A stretch of 7,005 nt of DNA from Paraspadella gotoi (taxonomy: Eukaryota; Animalia; Chaetognatha), in the NCBI GenBank assembly GCA_051294375.1, contig JBJCIZ010001579.1, positions 1 to 7,005 on the forward strand. Reading direction: 5' to 3'. Below the pieces are notes generated by a model, which made no database searches, was not told the origin of the DNA, and saw only the letters and a list, made by a program, of their open reading frames with translations. Shown in pieces: positions 1 through 7,005 of the stretch. Within the stretch, counting starts at the first letter, position 1, and the number at the start of each line of letters is the position of its first letter. A program made the translations under genes and the position numbers.

Positions 1-3000
1 GATATAAGATATGAAAAACTTTAAAAAAACAGAAAACGATTTTTTCCAATGTAAAAAAAAATTAAAACTTAAAAAAAATAACGGCCAACGTTTTTTCCAA
101 TGTAAAAAGATGTTTAAAAAACACGATTTAGTAGACTTTTCCTCAGAGTAAAACATAATAAAACGTTTAAAGTACACCGGCACGCGATATTCAAAGAGAT
201 AACAAACTTTAAAACAAAGAAAACGCTTTTCCAATGTAAAAAAAGAGATAAAAAATTTTAAAACACCGTGCGAAAACGATATTCTCAAAGAAAACAGACA
301 ATAAAAACGTTAACATCCACTCTTGCAAATAACATTCCTCGAGTCTCTTAAAATTGGGTGAGGACAGTTATTAAATATCTTTTTATAAAACAAACAAATT
401 TCCTCTCTTTTATTTCATTTCTCCTTCTCTCTCTCCTTTTCTCTTACTTTCTACTGTAGCTTTCTCTACTCCTAATAGAATAACAAAGTTAAATACAACA
501 GAAAAACGACTTCCTTCTATGTCAACTGAGATCATGCACCAAACTTTTAAATCTAATAGAAAACGAATTCTGTTTCTGCAGGATTGTAAAAAGAAATAAA
601 ACTTTAAAAAACGGGCATACATTATTTTCAATGTCAAAAAGAGTTAAAAAACACCGACAATACAACGACTTTTCTAAACAGTTAAAAAAGTTGATAAAAC
701 GGTGTTATAATACACCGGGGCAGAAGCGATATATTATTCCAATGCAAGGATCAAACACATTTAAAACAGTCAGAAAAAAACGCTGTCCCAAGTAAAAGAT
801 TAAAATCTCTTGAACACTGAAACAACGGATATTTTTAATAGCAAAAAATAGGATAATAAACAACGGATTAAATACTCTGCAAATAACATCATCGAGTTGT
901 TAAAAATTGGGTCAGGACAGTCTATTAAATCTTTTTAATACGTGTCAAAACAAACCAAATTCTCCTCTTTTTACTTTCTACTGTCTCCCCTTCCCTCTCT
1001 CTTCTTCTTTTTCTCTCTCTTAATTATCGAGCCTTCCTTCTCCACTCTCAATAGATCAAAAACGCGTTTAAATTACACCAGGAAAAACGCACCCTTCTCT
1101 ACCGTAATATCTGACAAACTTCTACATAATACAGAAAACATTTTTCATGTCAAAACGAAAAAAACTTTAAAAAACACGCAAACGCTTTTTCCATATGTTA
1201 AAAAGCAGTCTTAAAAAAACACCGTATAAACGACTTTTCTTACAAGGTACCAAAGTAATACAAAACGTTTACATACACCGGCGGAGATATTTCCAAAGAG
1301 CATAACAACTTTAAAAACACAACGGCAAAAAAACGCTTTTTCCATGTAAAAAAGAGATAACAAATTCTAACACATCACCTCGGAAACGATATCTTAAAGA
1401 AAAGAAAATAAAAACGTTTAAAATACTGCTGAGAAAACATCAATCGAGGTTGCTTAAAAATTGGGTGATAGCGATAAATACACAAAACAAACAAATCCCT
1501 TTTTATTTTTATGTCTCTTCTCCTCTCTGCTCATATAGTCTTCTCTCCAGCTCTCAATAGAAATAAAAACGTTAAATACACCAGAGAAAACACTTTTTCT
1601 CTGTAAAAAGATATGAAACTTTTAAAAATAACAAAAAACAATTTTTTCCAATCGCTTAAAAGAAAAAAAACTTTAAAAAAACCGGGCAAACGATTTTCTC
1701 CAATGTAAAAGACGTTAAAAAACACCGATAAACGGACTTTTTCTAAAGTAAAAAAGTGATAAAAACTTTAAATACACCTGGCAGACGGTATTCCAAAGAG
1801 ATAACAACTTTAAAAACCCAACAGAAAAAACGCTTTTTCCAATGTAAAAAAGATAAAAAATTCTAAAACACCGAAAACGATATTTTCCAAAGGAAAACAA
1901 TAATAAAAACGTTTTAAAACTTTCTGCAATAAACATCATCGAGGTGTTTAAATTGTCGTGAGGACAGTCTATTAAATATCTTTATCTAAACAAAGAAATT
2001 TCCCATTGTCCCCCTCTCTTTCTCGTTAACTTATGCTCGCTCCCTCACTCAATAGAATAAAAACGTCTAAATACACCAGGAAAACGACTTTTTCTCGGTG
2101 CGAAAAGAAGAAACTTTAAAAATAACAGAAAAACTGATTTTTTCCATGTTAAAAAGAAACAACCACCCAACTTTAACCAAAACCGCGCAAACGATTGGTT
2201 TCCCATGTAAAAGAGTTACAAAAAGCACCCGAAGATAAACGATTTTCTAAAGGTAAAAGAGTGGAAAAACGTAAATACACCTCTGGACGATATTTCCCAA
2301 AGAGAAAAACTAAAACAAGAGAACGCTTTTTCCAATGTAAAAGAGGAGATAAAAAATTCAAGATATCAACCGGAAAACGATATTTTCAAAGAAAAAGAGA
2401 AAAAAACGTTAAATTACTTCTGCAAATAAACATGTCATCGGAGGTTGTAAAATGTGTTATAGTGCAGTTATAGAATATCTTTTAAACGTTTACAAAACAA
2501 ACAATTCTCTTTATTATGTCTCTCTCCCCTCTCTTTTACATTATGGCTTCTCTCACTTCTCTGAAAAACGTATACCCCTATAAACGATTTTTCTCTGTAA
2601 AAAGATTATGAAAACTTTAAATAACTCTATCCTTCAATGAAAAAATAAAAACTTAAAAAATAACGGCATAACGTTTTCCAGTAAAAAGAGGTTAAAAAAC
2701 ACCGATAAACGACTTTCTAAGTTAAAAGTAATAAAAACCGTTAAATACCCGGGCAGACGATATTTTCAAAAAGACGATTAACAACTTTAAAAACAAAGAA
2801 AAACCTTTTTCCAATGTTAAAAAGAGATAACACCTTTTCTAAAACACCGGGAAAACATTATTTTCAAGAAAAAGAAAATAAAAACGTTAAATACTTTGCA
2901 GAATAACATCCTCAGAAGGTTTGTTTTAAAATTGGGTGAGGACAGTTATTAAATATCTTTTTAAAACAAACAATTTCCTCTTTTCTACTTCTCCTTTATG

Positions 3001-3986
3001 TCTCTTCTTCTCTCTCTCTTTTCTCTTTAGATATAGCCTCCACCCAAGGAATAAAAACGAATATACCAATACAACAGAAACGACTTTGTCTGCAAAAGAT
3101 TATGAAAACTTTAAAAATATAACGAAAAACATTTTTCCCACTGGTAAAAAAAAAATAAAAACTTAAAAAAAAACGGCAAACCGTTTTTCCAATGTAAAAA
3201 TAGTTAAAAACGATATACGACTTTCATAAAGTAAATAAAAGTATAAAAACGTTAAATACACCGGCAGACCGATATTTTCCAAAGAGATAACAACTTTAAA
3301 AACAGAGAAAACGCTTTCCAATGTAAACAAGATAATATAATCAATAACACACGAGGAAAACCGATATTTTCAAAGAAAAAAGAAATAAAAACGTTAAATA
3401 CTGTCTTGCAAATAGGACCTCCGAGGTTGTTACAAATTGGGTGAGGACAGTTATTAAATTCTTTTTATAATATCAAACAACAATTTTCCTCTCTTTTATT
3501 TTTATGTCTCCTTCTCTCCTTTGGTCTTTTCTCTCTACCGTCTTTCTCTCACTCTGACTAGATAAAAAACGTTAAATATACCAAAACGACTTTTTCTCTG
3601 TAAGAAGATTGAAACGTTAAAATTATAGAAAAACGGATTTTTGCATTGTAAAAAGAAATAAACACCTTTAAAAAAAAACCGGCAACGATTTTTCCAATGT
3701 AAAAGAGTTAAAAAACACCGATAAACGCCATTTTTCTAAAGTAAAAGTCGATAAAAACGTTAAAAACACTGTGGCAGACGATATTTCCAAAGAGTAACAA
3801 CTTTAAAAACAGAGAAATAACGCTTTTTCCAATAGATAAAAAATTTCTAAAACACCGGACAAACGATATTTTTTAAGAAAACAAGAATAAACAACGTTAA
3901 ATACCTCTAGCAAATAACATCATCGAGTTGTTAATTGGGGTAAGGACAGTTATTAAATTTTTTTCTTTTTATCAAAAACAAACAAA

Positions 3987-4066
3987 TTTTCCTCTCTTTA
4001 TTTTTATGTCTCCTTTCTCTCTCTGTTTTCTCTCTTGAATTCTATGTAGCTTTACTCTCACTTCTC
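3987..4066 (+). repeat. CT-rich polypyrimidine tract, one per monomer (example copy)
   Basis: Seen in sequence: ttttcctctctttatttttatgtctcctttctctctctgttttctctctt...ctcacttctc. Equivalent tracts start near 399, 960, 1496, 1998, 2504, 2974, 3484, 4524 and 5125, always after aaacaaacaaa. Confidence 0.9.
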
Positions 4067-4070
4067 AATG

Positions 4071-4410
4071 ATAAAACGTTAAATACACCAGAAAAAGACT
4101 TTTCTCTGTAAAAAAATATGAAAACTTAAAAATAACAAAAAACGATTTTTTTCCAATGTATAAAAGAAATAAAAAGGAAAAAAAACGGCAACGTTTTTCT
4201 CCAATGTAAAAAGAGTAAAAACACCGATAAACGACTTTCTAAAGTAAAAGTATAACAACGTTAAATACACCGGCAGACGATATTTCCAAGAGATAACAAC
4301 TTTAAAAACAAAGAAAACGCTTTTTTCCAATGTAAATAAAGATAAAAATTTCTAAAACACGCCGGAAAACGATCACTTGTTCAAAGAAAAAAAAATAATA
4401 ACGTTAAAAG
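4071..4410 (+). repeat. Internal ~40-50 bp subrepeat block of the monomer (about 7.5 subunits; a clean example copy)
   Basis: Seen in sequence: approximate subunit consensus ataaaaac(g/t)ttaaa(t/a)acaccggaaaacga(t/c)ttttccaatgtaaaaagag. Consecutive subunit cores are accagaaaaagacttttctctgt, aacaaaaaacgatttttttccaatgt, aacggcaacgtttttctccaatgt, accgataaacgactttctaaagt, accggcagacgatatttccaag, acaaagaaaacgcttttttccaatgt and ccggaaaacgatcacttgttcaaag. The same order is present in every monomer. Confidence 0.9.
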
Positions 4411-5135
4411 AGAGTCTTGCAACAGCTAACATCCTCGAGGCGTTCGCTCGTAAACCTGGCGTGAGCTCGAGGGACCAAGCTTTTGCTAAGATCCATCTTT
4501 GCTATTCACCAATACAAACAAACCTTTCCTCTGTCTTTTACTCTGATACTAGTCTACTTATTCTTCTCTCTCATCTTTCTCCTTTATTTAGCTCATGCTT
4601 TCAATCTCACTCTCAAATTTGATTACAAGACACGTCACAATATTACATCCAGCTACATACTGCTTTGTCTCTGTGGAGAAAATACTATGCAAAACACTTT
4701 AATAAACATATACCGAGAATACACCTCAATTTTTTATCCCATATGTACACAGAAAAAAAAACTGTTCTCGGAAAATATACAGGCACAACTCGTCATACAT
4801 CTCCCATACGTAAGATTTAAAAAACACCGATAAACGCACTTTTGCCTCACTATAGCACACACAGACTGAGATACACACTTTTAAATACACCGGCAGACGA
4901 TATTTCCAAAGAGAACTAACAACTTTAAAACAAGAAAACACGCTTGTTTCCAATGTAAAAAAAAGATAAAAAATTTCTAAACACCGCGGAAGAGCGGAGA
5001 GAGTTCCCTGTCACAAGCAAAAAGACCATTAAAACACGTTAAATACTTTGGCAAATAACATCATCGAGGTTGTTAAAATTGGGTGAGGACAGTTATTAGA
5101 TATTTTTTATCAAAAACAAAGAAATTTCCTCTGAG

Positions 5136-5755
5136 TCCTGTTTCCATATCTTCTTCACCTCGCCTGCCTCTCCTCGTCTTCAACCTTTGCTATGCTCGCA
5201 TTCCTCTTCGCTAACTATATATAGATCGTCCTGAACCAACTGTTATCTCGCCAGATCCCATGCAGATCAGGACTTTATGTTACGCGCCTGTCCGGATGCA
5301 CGCAATATAAGAATAAAAGCAACAAACTAGTAGTAAGATAACAGGAAAAAGAAAGATCGTTTTTTGTGCACTAATTTGTGGTTGTACGAGTAATAGATAT
5401 AAGGAAAGTAAAGCTAAATAAAAACTTCCGAGCGCGCAAGATGTCCGCGATCTGATTTCACCTCGATGATAATAACGAGAGAAATAACATCTACCTTGAG
5501 AGATAACACGTATATTCCATCTAATAAGTTAAATGAAAGATGGGATCTGAATAAAACAGTTTTAATTGCGGTGCGCTATCGTGACTATTATATAAGCAGA
5601 TAGAAAGTAATCTTTTAAACAGTACAATGCCTCTATAGAGAGAAACGCCTCTATTTCGCTTCACTCCGACCACACTATGTAGAGAGTACTAGAAGTGCAC
5701 ATAATATTATGTTTATATTAAAACATACCAGGAATTATTCGAATACTTTTCATAC
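5136..5755 (+). repeat. Heavily degraded, insertion-inflated 11th monomer copy
   Basis: Monomer motifs are recognisable in the correct order: pyrimidine tract (to ~5212), gacttt (5271), taacaggaaaaa...cgtttttt (~5339-5365), gataacacg (~5502), ataaaacagttttaa (5551), cttttaaacag (~5612), agagaaacgcc (~5639) and aaaacataccaggaa...cgaatacttttca (~5720-5752). Alignment by eye only. Confidence 0.65.
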
Positions 5756-6050
5756 GGTCGTCATCTGCCCGTTGTTCAGCTGTAATGCGATGATCTGGTT
5801 CATAATTTTTACAGATAAATAATACTAATAAAATAATATTAATAATGGAGAGGTGAGAGGGAATAACAGAATAAATGGCGGGATATATGAACGGAAACCT
5901 CAGACTCTTAAATTGTTGAAAGCAATAAACGACTCAACAAAAAAATTAAATAACTTGAGGTCAGGGACGTGAGGCGGGGGATTCTCTTCACAATGTTGAG
6001 GGGCCCAGATCCTTGGGTTTGGGCTAGGATAGACCCTTGGTTTAAAAAGA

Positions 6051-6114
6051 ATTGGTAAAACTTTTCAATTTAATTTGTTTTTATTCTTGAACTTCGGTTG
6101 AAAATCGTTTTTCT
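6051..6114 (-). repeat. Inverted remnant of monomer subrepeats 2-3
   Basis: The reverse complement reads agaaaaacgattttcaaccgaagttcaagaataaaaacaaattaaattgaaaagttttaccaat. The monomer consensus reads agaaaaacgattttttccaatgtaaaaagaaataaaaacttaaaaaaaacggcaaacgtttttccaat. Both are low complexity, so the statistical significance is untested. Confidence 0.5.
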
Positions 6115-6388
6115 TTCTTAGTTATGAGAACATTCTGGTAACGTTTTCGGGGCACGTCATGGTACTGACCGAGTTGCCTTTCATAAAATGTTGACGAGAA
6201 AATTTAAAAAAAAAAGTGAAGAAAAGGAAATAAAAAAATAGATAAAATAATAAAAAACAACCCGGATTCGCTGGAATTTTTAAAGGAAAGGAAAAGAAAA
6301 AAAAAGAAAGAGTGAATAGGGCAGCCGCAAAAAAGTCCGTCCATTGTCGAAAGAAGCCAAAAAGTGGCAATAAGATCCGCTTTTTTAT

Positions 6389-6478
6389 GGGAAGAGTGAA
6401 GAAGAAGGGGAGGATGAGAGGGTGAGAAGGGCAAGGGAGGAAAGAGAAGATAAAGAAAGAGAGATAAGAGCGGGAAAA
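6389..6478. repeat. GA-rich polypurine tract, possibly the inverted CT tract of the monomer
   Basis: Seen in sequence: gggaagagtgaagaagaaggggaggatgagagggtgagaagg...agagataagagcgggaaaa. It starts with gagtga (the reverse complement of the monomer's tcactc). It is followed at ~6522-6547 by ctgtc...attttaac, resembling the reverse-complemented landmark ctgtcctcacccaattttaac. Confidence 0.5.
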
Positions 6479-6558
6479 TGGCGCAAATGGGGTAACAAGG
6501 TGAGAACTGGGATTGGTCTTGCTGTCGTTACGCTTCCTGATTTTAACTAGAAATACGT

Positions 6559-6728
6559 AATATATACGTTTTTCAAAGTTAATACGTAGTATCTCAAATA
6601 ATCACTTCAATATACAATTTTCAAACGGTGGTATATTTNNNNNNNNNNAATTTATACGTTTTTCAAAGGTAATACGTAGTATCTCAAATAATCTCTTAAA
6701 TATACTATTTTCAAACGGCGGTTTATTT
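6559..6728 (+). repeat. 80 bp direct duplication (6559-6638 and 6649-6728) flanking an assembly gap
   Basis: Seen in sequence: the two 80-mers align without gaps, with 7 substitutions (73/80 identical), and directly abut the N run on each side. Confidence 0.95.
6639..6648. other. Scaffold gap (10 N)
   Basis: A run of 10 n characters. Confidence 0.99.
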
Positions 6729-6875
6729 CATTCTTAATGCCAAAAAAAAAATGAAACGTAGTGGAACTACTCCGGAAAGAGTCTCTAAGCATTTCGACTC
6801 CTCATCTATCAATACAGTACAGACACTGTGGCAGCAAGTCTTAAAGCTGCCTCACTGCTGTCCGTCCTCAGTCTC

Positions 6876-7005
6876 GTCTCAATGGCTGAGCAGGCTACGA
6901 CCGTGCGTCCCGGATTCAATCCCTGGGTATCCCGGTTCTGGCTTAATGTGACGGAGCCGGTCTAAACATGCCTGTGACAGGAGGCGGTCACTGAGGGTCC
7001 ACAGC
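6876..7005 (+). mobile_element. Possible degenerate tRNA-derived SINE head (Pol III type 2 promoter), running off the window end
   Basis: tggctgagcagg (6883-6894) fits the A-box consensus TRGCNNARYNGG. ggattcaatcc (6912-6922) is B-box-like and sits in a T-arm-like hairpin, ccgga-ttcaatc-cctgg (6910-6926), with one mismatch. The region is GC-richer than the rest of the window. Caveats: only 17 nt separate the boxes (too short for an intact tRNA) and no acceptor stem forms. Confidence 0.45.

Larger units (their letters stand above)
1..5135 (+). repeat. Tandem satellite-type array, ~500 bp monomer, ~10 head-to-tail copies, truncated by the window start
   Basis: Seen in sequence: the landmark aacatc(a/c)tcgaggttgttaaaattgggtgaggacagttattaaatatc recurs with its ttgggtg core at ~354, 907, 1461, 1953, 2453, 2932, 3437, 3935, 4457 (degraded) and 5079. 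Spacings are 553, 554, 492, 500, 479, 505, 498, 522 and 622 bp. The intervening sequence is colinear between copies, e.g. acaccgataaacgac, tacaccggcagacgatatttccaaagagataacaactttaaaaac. Confidence 0.97.

Noticed and set aside
410-4953. Eleven short ORFs (62-116 aa) inside the array
   Set aside because: They are K/N/F/L-rich translations of A-tracts and CT tracts. Frames and stops are not conserved between monomers, several lack ATG starts, and there is no recognisable domain.
5051-5100. Small RNA gene (spliced leader or snoRNA) or octamer-like tgcaaat promoter in the monomer's non-repetitive segment
   Set aside because: There are only short partial resemblances. I found no complete leader, Sm site or C/D box pair, and no 5S or snRNA sequence is recognisable in the unit.
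1-5135. CRISPR array or repeat-spacer system
   Set aside because: The sequence between recurring motifs is conserved from monomer to monomer, so there are no unique spacers. There is no cas gene or leader, and the period is ~500 bp.
1-5135. Concatemer of a single circle, or unsplit PacBio subreads (the CT tract resembles the adapter start tctctctcttttc)
   Set aside because: Copies do not alternate in orientation and the gttgttgttg part of the adapter is absent. Two linked-variant subfamilies are also incompatible with one ~500 bp template.
6122-6434. Two overlapping minus-strand ORFs (82 and 76 aa)
   Set aside because: They are poly-Phe low-complexity products of the A/purine-rich stretch in a scrambled region.
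6840-6900. Minus-strand hammerhead ribozyme (ctgagga fits CUGANGA)
   Set aside because: No stem II followed by GAAA occurs downstream, so the catalytic core is incomplete.
6876-6935. Intact tRNA gene
   Set aside because: There are only 17 nt between the A and B boxes, so there is no room for a normal anticodon and variable arm. No acceptor stem forms, and the position equivalent to G53 is A.
6751-6951. 66 aa ORF (MKRSGTTPER...)
   Set aside because: It is short, has no recognisable motif and overlaps the SINE-like segment. An ORF of this length is expected by chance.

Overview
This window is AT-rich and non-coding, and is most consistent with eukaryotic repetitive DNA from a draft assembly. 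About 1-5135 is a head-to-tail tandem array of a ~500 bp monomer (10 landmark-defined copies, continuing off the left edge). Each monomer is itself a higher-order repeat: about 7.5 A-tract-rich ~40-50 bp subrepeats plus a ~150 bp non-repetitive segment ending in a CT-rich tract. Copies differ mostly by scattered indels, which looks like unpolished long-read error. Four linked diagnostic sites nevertheless split the copies into two interspersed subfamilies. About 5135-5755 is a further insertion-inflated copy. About 5755-6550 is a scrambled zone with apparent inverted monomer remnants. An 80 bp duplication flanks a 10-N gap (6639-6648). The last ~150 bp are GC-richer, with tRNA-like Pol III A/B boxes and a long imperfect closing stem (possible SINE or structured RNA). 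None of the ORFs is credible. I found no protein-coding, CRISPR or other novel biological system that I can support. All alignments were done by eye.
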